From Azolla caroliniana (lineage: Eukaryota; Plantae; Polypodiophyta), in assembly GCA_043228905.1 (NCBI GenBank), contig JBHGNT010000013.1:17980001-18044000 (forward strand): a DNA stretch of 64,000 bases. The letters are read 5' to 3'. Below, piece by piece: positions 40,901 to 53,728 of this stretch (the stretch's first letter is position 1; every line of letters begins with the position of its first letter). The notes under the pieces were generated by a model. That model was not told where the DNA came from and searched no databases. It saw only the letters and a program-made list of their open reading frames with translations. The position numbers and the translations under genes are program-made.

Positions 40901-43900
40901 GTTCAAATCACCCAGCCAAAATACGTGGTGAAACTGATTCAGGATGTCCATTTTTTTATCATTGACGCGTATATTCCCAACAATTTCTGGCAACATGAGA
41001 TTCTAAGATGGGAGCAATCATTTGCAAATAATTGTTTGACCAGGAAAGTAGAAAATGAAACAATGTAATGTGTATAATCCGGTTGGCCTTAACATTTAGA
41101 AAAATGTTTACAGACGTAAGGCTATTACATGAGATGACATACCTCTGTAATGTCCATTCCTGGCCTTAGTTTGGCCAACATGAGCAGCAAGATGGCTATT
41201 CACAAAGCATAACGATGTATCCCAAAACTGGTAGGGAATTTCAAATGTCACTTTTTGCAGACACCATACTAACCAGGGCATTAAGGGTTTGAAGATTACT
41301 TTCAACAAAAATAAACACTTTCTAACCTTGAGAGCAATGCAAACCCCACCCTTATTTGCAATCACATTTCCAATGCCAGTTGCCTCACTTCCACTTTGAA
41401 TATCTGAAATAGCTTTCTGTTATGCATTGAAGTCAGTATATAAGCATCAAACGATGTGTCTATTCCACTTCTCCATGTTGGGGCCATATTTGACCTTCGA
41501 GGATGATAATACAATCTATCCTATCTGTGATAGAGCCTAGTTCAATTGCATAGACGAAAATAATTTATTTTTGAGTTCTCACTTCTGCACTGACGTGACA
41601 AAATACAGCTAATCGCATTTGACCCCTTGATAATCCATGGATGATCTTGTAGTTTGCGCCAAGGGCAGATCTACAAAGAAATTCTTGCAATGAATTAGAA
41701 AGGACTGTCTCACATCAGCAGCTTTCAAATATTGAGCTACAAAATAACCATTTCCATACATCAGGGTCGCCATCCAGTCCTTTTCACAATCAGCATGTGG
41801 TGCCCGAGGCGGGTATTCACATTCCTATAGAACCCAAAATGTTGAAATTTTTAGCATTGTCTATCAAGATTTCATATTCTAAAATATAAGAATGAATTCT
41901 AGATCTCTAGAGTCAGAGAAATATGCCTGAGCTCCAATACCAACAATATCATACATTGCTGTATCTGGAATCCATGAAGATAGGTTATCCTGCTGCATAA
42001 ACAAAAAGAAATACAAAGCGCTGTCAAAACGCATATTATCAATCTTGAAATATGACACCAAAATAAGACATTCTTAAATATGCATGACTTCCAAGAGATG
42101 CAATGCGTTTCAACCATCTAAAGCTTACTTCATCACAATTCTGTTTTGAAGAAGAAAAAAGTAGATTTACCCTTAAATTATGCATAAGTTTATGTTTCCT
42201 CAATTTGAAGAAGATATTCATTTATTTGAATTTAAATATTTTTTCTATTTATCTATATGTATGGGTGTATGTGTTTATGTATGTACGCATCTATGTATAC
42301 TATAGCTATACATAAGTATACACATATGTATGCATGGCCTTAAAATATTTATTGCAGGTATATATAAATCTAAACCAAATAACATCACGAATTAAGGCAA
42401 GTACATACAGGTCGAGCATTGCCTACATTCCATGTACCAACAAACACATGTACCCTTTGCTCTGGTCTGGCCATTGCTGCTCCTATCTGCATTAGTACCT
42501 GGGCAGTATTAAATCATCAAATTAGGAAGTTAATCACAATATAAGGTTGTGCATTAGTTCATGTTTTTACTGGTCAAGGTTCACCTGTCCTGGTAGTATC
42601 TTTCTCCCATCTTTTGAGTACAATTCATACCAGTCTGCTTTCCGAGTGCTCATCTTCTCTTGTACCCAGGATAAGTAAAATCAGATTGGTTTTGGCGAGT
42701 TTCTTAAGTGAGAAATTCCATGAATACCATAACTCACCTCCACAGCTTGCAGCAGATCATCAATTGCAATATTTTTGCATCGTCCAAGTAAATCCATTCC
42801 AAATAATCCCTTAGAATATATTTGCACAGAGACGATTGAGTTCTGCTCATCAAAATGGGAAAACTACAACTTAATGCCTACTTTGATCTAAATTTTCTAA
42901 GAGATCTGAATCTTCATAGCGAAAGCTAGTTCTTGAACCTTATCATCAATATTTAACGTAAAGCTCTGATCGATTTTGAGGATCCCATCTTCATCTGACT
43001 TCCCTTTTATCTGTGCATCAGTTGAATATTAACAGTTTACTCATTATGCATAATCCATCTAACTACGTTTCCTATCTATTGCTGCAGTTTCCCCAGAGAA
43101 TGCTTTTCCCATAATATGCTTGTGTAATCTGATTTTTCATAAAATCACACGTGGACGTCTGGTTTATTTACAAAGATGAATTTTGTAACAATATTGTTCA
43201 AGAGGTGGGTGCATTCCTTCGTAGAATGAAGATAAATAAGCTATATTTAGGTCAACACAAAATGTAGCTGTGATCGAGCTAAAAGGATCTGCAAGTTTGT
43301 ATGGAGGATTTACCAGTAACTAGTAAACCTTCACAATCTAGGGTGTTAGGATAAATCTCTCTAACCTGGATATTACTCCTATATATAGGAGCAAATTTGA
43401 TTGGAGTACAGCGATATAGCAGAATTAGCACAAACTAGTATATACATCTGAAACTGTGTTCCATGTCATTTACGTAGAGGTTCTTTGGCATCTAGTTAAC
43501 TTGAGAGTTGTGATGATCACAACCTGATCTCTAGTTTTTCTGCAGTTCGTAGCATCCTCCTGAAGGTTATAAAGGATCTGCCTTCGATAGTTACACACAT
43601 TCATAAAGTGACAAAAAAGTAGACTAGAATCAAACATCGCAATGAATCATGGTAACTGAGAAAGAAATAGGGTCTGAATCAGACGCCACAGTGTGGTTGT
43701 CACTCTTCACACTCTTACAATTAACCAAAAGAACAAAATGATATAGGTATATGTTAACTGAGTTTCTGATATTGGTGTAAGGAACAATCGTTTCAGCTTC
43801 TTGCTTCAGCATATTAGGTCTTGCATCATAAGCTTAAGTATTTGCTGCTACAGTGATCTTATCTATCTAGTTTATTGGGTTAGATTACTTGCCTCAAGGG

Positions 43901-44625
43901 TCTTTTTAAGCTTTCCATTAACTGTGATTTTGAAGATAGGGTTCTTGATAGAAGTATCAAAAGAATATCTTTTCAAGTTCCTGACAGCATTAATGGTGAT
44001 ATTGAGACGGCACGTCCTATCCGTATTTGTCACCTATATCACCATATATATATATCCCATCATTGAAAGAAATGAAGAGAATGTGAATACAGAGAAAAGA
44101 TCATAAAGAAATCGATGAAAGGTAAAAGGAAACCGAATAAAGAGAATGTGAAAAACAGTAAATAAACAAGCAGATTTAGGACAGAGAACTTGAAAGCCAA
44201 TTTCACAGGATGATCGCTGGATGAATATAAAAAACAGTGAAATTTTGAGCACAGAGATTATGAATACAAAATTTAACACAGAGATAACTGTAAGAAAAAC
44301 GAAAACCAGTGAATGGAACCGCAAAAATTAACAAGAAAGAATGAAAAGCAGTGAATGGGAAAGCAAAAATGGAAACGGATAGCATGGAAATCAGTAAATG
44401 AAAAAGCAGTTTAACAGAAGGAATATGAAAAGCAGTCAATGGAAAATCCGAAAGCTAGATAAGCCCAGAGAGAAAGAGAAGGAAACAGCAAAAACCCAGT
44501 TTTTAATAGAAGATAAGGAAAAATAAATCATTTCTGTTCTTCTTTTGCTGGCATACAAGAGCTCCATTAGAACCGGAAGCGATGGTTTTAAGGTCAAAGG
44601 TCCTTCCGCTGCTTTCAGCTGCCAT
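37997..44625 (-). CDS. Inositol polyphosphate/phosphoinositide 5-phosphatase flanked by two C2 domains, ~639 aa. 20 coding exons: 44625-44557, 44033-43893, 43010-42939, 42842-42738, ~42656-42585, 42498-42409, 41992-41927, 41824-41760, 41670-41583, 41416-41327, 41227-41143, 40986-40854, 40770-40698, 40616-40539, 40461-40328, 40248-40146, 40029-39971, 38581-38491, 38401-38290, 38190-37997
   Basis: 5-phosphatase motifs FVGTWNVGN, GAQE, NKGGV, FVNSHLAAH, FWLGDLNYR, FPPTFK, PAWCDRILW and SDHKPV. C-terminal C2 (LRARNLRASNINGYSDPFV..NLNPVW..DHDFVKSSDNVLG) and N-terminal C2-like region (LNITINAVRNLK..VQIYSKGLFGMDLLG). The 5' exons are less certain. Confidence 0.88.
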
Positions 44626-44747
44626 CCCTGAATTATTCTTTTTATATCACATAAGAAAGAAACAGAGAAAATTAGTCTTTCCACTTTGATCAAAACATAG
44701 CCCTAATTTCGTGTGTAAGAAGAAGGAACTTAGGGCTTCTGCCCCTC

Positions 44748-45043
44748 ACCCTAACCCTAGATAATATTGTGGAAGGATGAAGATGTGCATACCCCTCACC
44801 CTAACCTTGAGATTGAATGGAAAGAAGAAGAAGATTTGCAGACATACACACAGAATTCTTTCCAGTTATAAACCCTAACCCTAGATAATATTGTGGAAAG
44901 ATGAAGACGTGCATACCCCTCACCCTAGCCTTGAGATTGAATGGAAAGAAGAAGAAGATTTGCAGACATACACACAGAATTCTTTCCAGTTATAAACCCT
45001 AACCCTAGATAATATTGTGGAAGGATGAAGATGTGCATACCCC
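44748..45043. repeat. 124-bp tandem repeat (~2.4 copies) with telo-box-like AACCCTA motifs, upstream of the 5-phosphatase ATG
   Basis: CTAACCCTAGATAATATTGTGG at 44751, 44875 and 44999; copies are nearly identical. Confidence 0.92.
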
Positions 45044-45499
45044 ATCTGGCCTGAACTCCATTAGAAGAACAGGGCCAACCAACTCCTCTCTCTCTCTCTC
45101 TTCCTTTCTTCCTCCCTTCAGCTCCTATGACTATTCATCTATTAATCTACATATTTATTTCCTCATTCATTGATCATTGATCTATCTCTTTACTATTTTC
45201 CTACATATTTAGTACTTCTCTATATGTATTTCCTGCATTAAATAGTTCATCTATACATTAATACATAATAATACATATATGTTTACATATAATATACCTA
45301 TAATATACATATACACCCACATATGTATATATGTATGTATACAAAAAGTGTCCTTTTTAGAAATTACCAAAAGTACCCCTATGGGGTCCCACAAAAGAAA
45401 AGTGTGAAGTCTGGCTGGCTGACTTTTGTTTGTGGACCTTATCCATCATCACATCTCTCAATCACTCTTTTCCATTGACTTTTTTATTTTACCCTGACA

Positions 45500-45749
45500 A
45501 CATGCCTCCTCACACGTCACAAGCATTGAAACTAGATCAACCCTCGTCCCTCGTCGACACGATTCATGCTCAAGAAAGTGCTTGCCCGCCCAATGGACCA
45601 GTCACCACACTTGTGATCGATTGGACTACATGCCTCCTCACGCGTCACAAGCATTGAAACTAGATCAACCCTCGTCGACACGATTCATGCTCAAGAAAGT
45701 GCTTGCCCGCCCAATGGACCAGTCACCACACGTGTGATCGATTGGACTA
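45500..45749. repeat. ~128-bp tandem duplication
   Basis: ACATGCCTCCTCAC...GATTGGACTA at 45500 and 45628; the copies differ by a 7-bp indel and a few substitutions. Confidence 0.92.
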
Positions 45750-48700
45750 TTAATATATAAGTCACGAAGAGAATGGCATTGGAACAAGCCTTCTTGGTTG
45801 GATCTACATATGTCAACTTGGAGGGTTGAATCCTAACTAGGACTGAGGACGTGGGAACCGATTGAACCCATGTATTCGCCAACGTGAATTCATTTAAGAA
45901 GCCTTTTGTGTTTCATATTTTGTGTGTGTGTGTGTGTGCACGTGTCCTGTCATCTCTAAGCGACCCAAATATGAACTGAGCATTTCCCTCTCATCTTAGA
46001 GGTGGTGGGACGTGTGCAGAGAGTCGTCGAATGCCCAGTACATTACATGCACCCAAGTTTTTGTTTTATTTCTCTTTAACATTTACATGCTTCAACTCAA
46101 AAAGCCTGGTTCACACCTTCTATCAACATGCTCTCATTGTGCTTCTATCAACATCTCACAAAATCAAAGGAAACATGTGGCGTCATCAACCTTTCCCCTC
46201 TTTGGTGGTTATGGAACTTATGACTTTTCTTCGTTTCCAAATCGTCATATATTATGGTATTGTGCCTCTCAAAGAAAATGACACTGAATGAATTTACACA
46301 TGGTCTCATTTTGCTTGTGTCACATAAGTATAATCATCACTCTTTACCCGAGTTACATGGTGTCTCGATTCTCTACCTAGGCCTCACAAGCTATGTACCC
46401 TTCAATATTAAAGTTATCCATGTGTTAATGCAATGCTAATATGATAGTATTTCATTGCAATAAACAGCCCTAGAAAATACTTTTAGCTTTATAAAGGATT
46501 AACTTATTTTATTTAGTCAAACATTAATGCACCCTCTTTAATTATTGTTTATGTGTGAATTGTATGACAAAAAAAGTTATGGTGCTCACCCATTTGTTTT
46601 CTCATGTTTGATCATGAAATATACAACTTGGATCAAAATATTGCCTCTCTCTTGGCATGCTTTGGAGAGTTTCCACATTGGGTTGTGCTACGGTGTAGCA
46701 CAATGGTTACTTCTAGAAAATGGCTTGATCTTTATTGTTTATATTTTGGTTAGGAGCACAATCATGTTTGACACAAGGTGTTGTGAATCAAACTAGTGAA
46801 TCATTCCCTTTCTTTTAGTAATGAACATTAACCTATGAGTTCTCACGTCACACTATAAAGGGTGTGTTTGACACGATGCCACCTCTCCTATGAAGAAACA
46901 GTTCATTTGTGTTTTTGTTCATAAAATCATCGTTTCGAGTGACACATCAATGTTATGAAAGAGATACGAATTACTTGTCTTTCATCTAGTGACACATTCA
47001 CACAACACATCATGAATGGAACAAATAATGTCGACCTCTAGGTTTCAAACTCCTGGTCTAGAAGACAATTGAGGCAGTGACACCACTACCATTAAGAAAT
47101 ACATGTTTCACATTTGGGTTCACACTAGTGTTTACGAAGGAAAGAAACACACTTGAGTAGCCAGAGCCTTTGATTTTAGGTCGACAATGTTCACATTATG
47201 CTTTGGACTTTATAGGGAAACTTAAACACCTTTTGATGTTCCATTCTACTTGTGATAGTTAGCAATAAAATATTCAAAAGATCTAGATTTAAAAATAGAT
47301 TATGGCAAAATAAGTTTCATCAAGCAATTTTATAAGCATGCAAAAAGGTCTTGATTATTATACTCATCATTTGTTCGTTCCATATACATGCACGTCAAAG
47401 AAATCCAAAGTTGAATGTCACTATCCTCTTGCTTACTCATCTCTAAAATGAACTAATGACTTAAAAATGCTATGGTGTGACATTAAAAGTTGCGTGATTT
47501 TTTTATGGGTAGTCTCTAATAAAGTTAAGAGTATCGCACAAAATCTTTGATTCGTAACACCTTTTGTTATTTGTTGCACATTTTTATTATTCTTAACATC
47601 TTTTGTTATTTTTCCAATGGAATGGTTGTATGATGTGTAAACGACCGATCCGAATATGCATGTGCTAATTCATTATGAAGACATCTCGTAATTACTTCGC
47701 ATTTTATAAGATTTGATTGATATTAGCACTTTGCTTCGTGAAGTACTCTTGATTTGTGACGCTAAAGTACACTTTCATTGGTAATATTATCACATTAAAG
47801 GAAAAGCAAAAAGAATATGAATATTATATAGCAAATTGTTTCCTGAATAGAACACCACAAGTTCCATCATGGTTTGCACCTATTGTTTCTGAGCTAACTA
47901 TCTCTTACAAGTGAGCTCTAAAAAAATATTGTTATGAGAAAAGGTGGTTGCCAAGTCCATTCTTGTTTATTTATTGGGATGTTTTTCCAAGGATGTGTTC
48001 AAAGTTTGTTGCACATGTCTAAAATATATTGATTTAGGTATGTGCGAGTACAACGAATGGCCTTGAAATATGGCATGTACCATGCTTATGAGAGGGACAA
48101 AGGAGATAATGTCTTGGATCAATGTTGTTCTTTGATGGCCACCTTGGCCATTCATGATGATAGTTTTCCTAGAAATTAATTTGTCCAAGACATGGCAAGT
48201 TTTTCTAAGAGTTTACATGTAAAAATATAAAACCTATGGATTTGTTTCGGGATCTGTTAAATAATTATTCTCAAAAGTACCTTTTAGAGCGTTTCCATGC
48301 CTTACATATTACTACTTGCAAATCATCTTAAAAGTACTAAGAAATATCGAATAAACCTATCAATGATATTACGAAATAAACCTAACAATCAAAGAAATTG
48401 GTTTCTCATATCCAATTACACAATTAGTCACGGCCTTTGCATCAAATACACAATCCCATTGCATATCATGAATTTCTGGCCCATTGAATGATACTCACAT
48501 AAGAACATCTAGGTGTTCTATATTCAACCTAATTCTTTTCATCTACTTGCTGGCATTTTTCTTAGAGAACCCTACTCATCTTTGAGCTTGGGAGGCTTCA
48601 AAGACATCTATGTGATTGAGGTGAAGGGGCTGTTGGAAAACAATATCATGCTTGATATGCTTTGGGTTTGTAAAAGCAAAGCAAAGCAAATCATTACAAA

Positions 48701-48949
48701 TACATTTTCCATCCATGAATATGTGCACATGGTTTGCATCATTCACTTGAAATTTATGCTTTTCTATCCTTCATAAAAAAAGAGGTTGCACTATGGCAAT
48801 CATCACAAACCCAAGTATTCTTCATAGCATGTATAGGCCCACCTTCATGTGTGTTAAGTAGGGCACACACAATGGCCATTCCCCTCATTATGGTCACAGA
48901 AATCTCCCATTTATCATATTAAATGGTTTGTGATACCAAGTCAAAGTTC

Positions 48950-50480
48950 CGGAAATAGCTCTCATGTGCTAGCTTCTGGTGGATCTTGTCCACGTTTGCC
49001 TAGGTGGGCATACTTTGAGATGACTCCGGTCAGACACAACAAACAAATGCATATTCCCGTTGGTATCCGATCAACGACAATGTCTTAGGTTGTTCCATGC
49101 CTTATTCTATACTCGCAAAGCCTCGATTTCATCCACCTCAATTTTGCATTCTGGCAGCTGCATATATGTTTCTCATGCAAATCATACACAATAACACACA
49201 TTTCATCCAATTGTAATGAGTATTCAAATGCCCATCTACCAAGCTTTATATTCTTCCATTTTCTACAGGCACCCAATATACGTTGGAAAAGTGGGAAACC
49301 GCCAAAATGAGGAACCTTGTCGAGAAATGCACTGACTTTGCCAAAATGTCCGGCCTGGCTGTATGATCAAACAACTCTCCCTCTTTCGCTAGACCTAATG
49401 TTGTTAAAGTGGGAGAGTTGTGTAGTATTCTAGTGTTGGAGATGCATAGTATATTCCATACATCTAATCAAACAACTCCCCCCTCTTTCACTAGACCCAC
49501 ATGACTTGTTGCATCCATCAACACAAGGAAAGTAATGAAACTGGGAATTACACTTCCAGCCTTCATTCTTCTATGCAAGTCCAAGAACAAATCAGCTTGG
49601 CACATAATTGGCGATAACCAGCAATTAGAGCACTCCAAGAAACAATAGTCCACTCTGGTAGCTCATTCAAGACTTCCCATGCTTTTTCCAATGCTCTACA
49701 CTTTCAATACCTGTCCACCAATGCATCACTGAGCACCGGATCTTTCTTCAACCACCCTTGCTTCCTAACTTCCGCATCAATATCTTGCCCCATCTCTAAA
49801 GATTCCACAATACCATACCATTTCAAGATGCAATCTGCCCAAATATTGTGGAATCTTTAGAGATGGGGCAAGATATTGACAGCTGCATCAGCTGTTAATA
49901 TATCTTTCTTTCTTCTTTCTGATCTGACATCCACGCCTTAACCTAGAATGCCACGAGCTTTCAAAACGTTTTTACAAACCATTTCAATGCTTCTTCGCCA
50001 AAACCATTTTGAGAATAGCCCGATATCAAGCATTCCAAGACATGAAAGACATTCTTCACAAAGATTTGGTCGAACACTTTGCCCACTTCGTTAATTGTAC
50101 CACATTTTTGGCATGTATCTTTCGAGCCCGCCGAATGTTCTCTTTTTGGCATAACTTCATAAGATTCAAAACCCTAACATTATCATGGATCCCATCATCA
50201 TCATAAATCATCTCACCAATGGAATGAACCAAGTTGAGCACTTGTAGATTGTCTTTAACAAATGGTGGGTTGGACTCATCCTGAACCCACAATGGTTTTC
50301 CTGTTTGTTTGTGTCTGAAATCTGGTGAATAAGGATTTCAAATTGAAGAAAGCTATTACAAAGTTTTCAGATACAGGATTTCCTCAGGGAGAAACATTTG
50401 ATGGTTGGAATGGGCTTACCATGTGGTGACGGTTGTTCCAGAAGTTTGAAGAATCCTTGCAGAAACGAATCCGGCGACCA
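48950..50480 (-). pseudogene. PLS-class PPR (E-domain) pseudogene
   Basis: ALVDRY*KCRALEKAWEVLNELP..IVSWSALIAGY, ITFLVLMDATSHVGLVKEG, LISGYSQNGFGEEALKWF and LGACRKWKNIKLGRWAF. Stops, frameshifts and internal rearrangements; boundaries approximate. Confidence 0.85.
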
Positions 50481-50899
50481 GGACTTGGTGTCAGGAGGAC
50501 ATGAAGAGAGATGCAGATGTATGTGTATATTAAAAAAAGAGAGAAGAGAAATTAGTACAGCATAAATAAATCAGTTGTAAACATCCCACAAATAGCTCAG
50601 AAGAGGGCACATGAATCTTTCATTCCAATCCAGGAAATATAGTAATCAGGCTAGACTGCAATGTGCCACCATCGTCACAGCTTAGATTAAATTTTTTCTG
50701 CTTCAAAATATATAGTTATGCTTCTTCTCGGTGACCTTCAATATGGGATATCTGCCATAGCTACTCTCTCTCCCTCCCTGTCTCTTGCAAAGCATAGAAT
50801 TATATACGGATTACATGTAAGAAACACCATTACAACCATCTCTCTCTCTCTCTCCCTCTTTCTAAGGTAGAGGATCAAATCATTCTCTAAAATGCATCA

Positions 50900-52300
50900 A
50901 AATACTTGAATATGCATTTGTTGAGACCATGCTCCAATACCCGAAAGTGCCACATAAGGATGAATGCCTTTCAACTCCATAATATATATATTTTGACTCC
51001 ATGTCTACCTTCAAACATTAAAGCATTATGAAGGATCCAATTATGTTGGATCCTTCATAATGCTTTTGTAAGAATCGGAATGTGATCTCCAATAGAAGAC
51101 CTTTCGTATAGGCCTCAATTAACACTAGTCCGAAATACCTCAAAAATTGTACGATCAATAGGGCATAGAATAAACCTATGTTATTATCCTCCAATGGAAT
51201 GGTACGAAAGAAACATGTGCCATATCCCAATCTTCTCATTCTTAGAGCAAAACCTAATGGTAGTCCCCCAATCATGACTCTCCAAATAAGTGCCTTTGCA
51301 CTAAATAGTAATTGGGAATGTCAACTATGTTGTAACATTTTCTAGCACCACCCTGAATCCGACTTACATTCATTCCACTCCATCTTTCATTTATCTTAGA
51401 GCCAAGAAAATGAAACCATGAAATGATGATGATACAATATATTTGTTGCACATGTAGCCAAACATTAATCCAACCAAGGAGTATTCTATGTCTCTAACTC
51501 TATCTCTTGATCTATCCGTCTCTCTCCCTCTCTCTAGAACAAGGTGGGTGTCATGGTGTTTGAGAACAAAGGAAGGCATTGAGAACTTGGTAGAAAGAAG
51601 CTCTATGAAGTCTTTCTCTCATACACTCTCTCTCCTATTGTGTGTCAATAAACTTGACAAACTTCTTGTTGTGATAATGGTACGAATGCTTCATCTTATT
51701 ACATGGCTAAAAAAAGCATGTGTGGTTGTGGATGCCTACTTTCACATTGTTGTTGCTAGAGGTAATCTACAATAACCTGTCATATGATGTAAAAAAGAGT
51801 TGTCCTTAAACAAGCAATGTGATCTTACATCATTTTCAAACCTTTGCTCTTTCATAAGAGTAGTGCATACATATTAAAACCAGGCAATACATGCCATCCT
51901 GGGGTGACAATAAAAGGAAGGATCTTATCATAAGGTGTTGTAAAATCATCTCCAAAATACATTGACATTTTAAAGCCATTGTCAGCTAAACAAGCACCTA
52001 TACAATAAATGAAAGATGACATTCCAACTTATGCTTAAAAATTGAACACATTAGGTGATAAACCATGTAAGTGACGTCTTCATTGTCAACAAGACTCCTA
52101 TCCATCAGTTTGTAATAGATGGTGTTGGTGTCCATTGTAAGTGTCATTTTTTGCTTTTAAAGTGGAGATACGCACCATCAATCCAATGCCAAGCTCACCA
52201 TCTTTCTCCAACAATCTCACATTTTTAACTTGACATCTATGTTATAAAACGGAAGTACGAGGTACCATGTCCAATACATGATAAAAGAGATAAAAAATCA
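50900..52300 (-). mobile_element. Decayed L1-type LINE ORF2 3' region
   Basis: IWRVMIGGLPLGFALRMRRLGYGTCFF...ED matches the zf-RVT pattern of plant L1 elements; RT-like debris lies upstream. Confidence 0.55.
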
Positions 52301-52831
52301 AAGAAACCATTCTTCATTTTGCTCAAGAATATGCAATTGAACTATAATTGCATATTCTTGAGGAAAATGAAGAATGGTTGTAATATGTGATAAGGATTGC
52401 AATATACCACTAACCTTATTGCCAATTACAATCTTCATCCTTCGCAAGTTATATCATTAATTCATTTATTTTATGTTTTTGCTTGTTGGATACTTGCAAT
52501 CTAGTAGGCATTAAGATTATATAATGTGTCGGTGGAAACATGTTAATGGACATGCAAGCATCAAGGGTGTGTTCCGGGCATAACCATAACTTATTCCATG
52601 GTAGTTTGTAGTTGTACCATAGTTTTCTACACATGAGGATAAGGGCGTGAGGGTTAATTGAAAATGTAACGAAGGAAAGATTATTTCTAATCTTAGGGAT
52701 TATGTGTGAACTTGCCTGGGAGCCTTGGGTTTGGCTATAAATATGAGGCCTAGCTATCCTCAAGAAGGGCATTATTAGACTATGTCAAGAAGAACGGGAT
52801 GCAAACAGAAAAATAGAATATATATATATAT

Positions 52832-53081
52832 TGTTATGAACTCGTGGATAACTTGAGTTATGCTATACTTATCTCAGCATTAAACTCTAGTTAACAAGAC
52901 TTTATGATGTAAATAGTATGCATGCATCTCATAATCTTATGAGTCATAAAACTTATGTATCTCAATCATTTTGGAATAGATATGGAAGAGCATAGCCTAT
53001 GCGTTCTATCTAGAGATTGTATTGTGATCTTGATTAATATCTAATCACTCTTTATCTTGCTAAATAGTCTATTCTATAACA
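52832..53081 (+). repeat. 5' LTR of Bianca-like Copia
   Basis: TGTTATG...TATAACA, direct repeat of 57089-57338. Confidence 0.95.
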
Positions 53082-53728
53082 CGCTATCATCACGATTAGC
53101 CTCTACCATAGCAATTAATTATTCTCTTATACAAACCTTATTCTTATCATTAGTATGGCTTCTCAATCTCTACAAATAGAGAAATGTTTATTCTCCCCAC
53201 TTGCGTTGGATGGGTTCAATTATATGACTTGGATGGTTCATGTCGAAGGCCATCTCACGACGAAAGATCTCCTTCATACGATAAGTGATAATTTAAATGA
53301 TGCAAAGAACTCAAATGATAGGAAGAAGGGAGCAAAATCGTTCATCTTCATCCTTCATCACCTTGATCTAAGCCTTCAGAATCAATACTTCTCCATCAAG
53401 AATCCATCAACTCTTTGGAAGCAACTTAAAGCCCGCTTTGATCATTAATGAACTGCTCTTGGCCCCAACACTTTGCATGAATGGAATCAACTTCGTTTTC
53501 AAGATTTCAAGAGAATTGTTGAATATAATTCCTCACTATTTGGTATCGTTTCTAAACTTAAATTTTGTGGTCATGGCAACCTTGTTCAAGAGACGAATCT
53601 AATCAACAAAATGGTAACCACTTTTCATCCCTCAAATTTTAATCTTTCCGAACAATATCATAATCATGATTTTAAAACATATGCTAAACTTTTATCTACA
53701 TTTCTTGTCGTTGAGCAACACCATCAAG

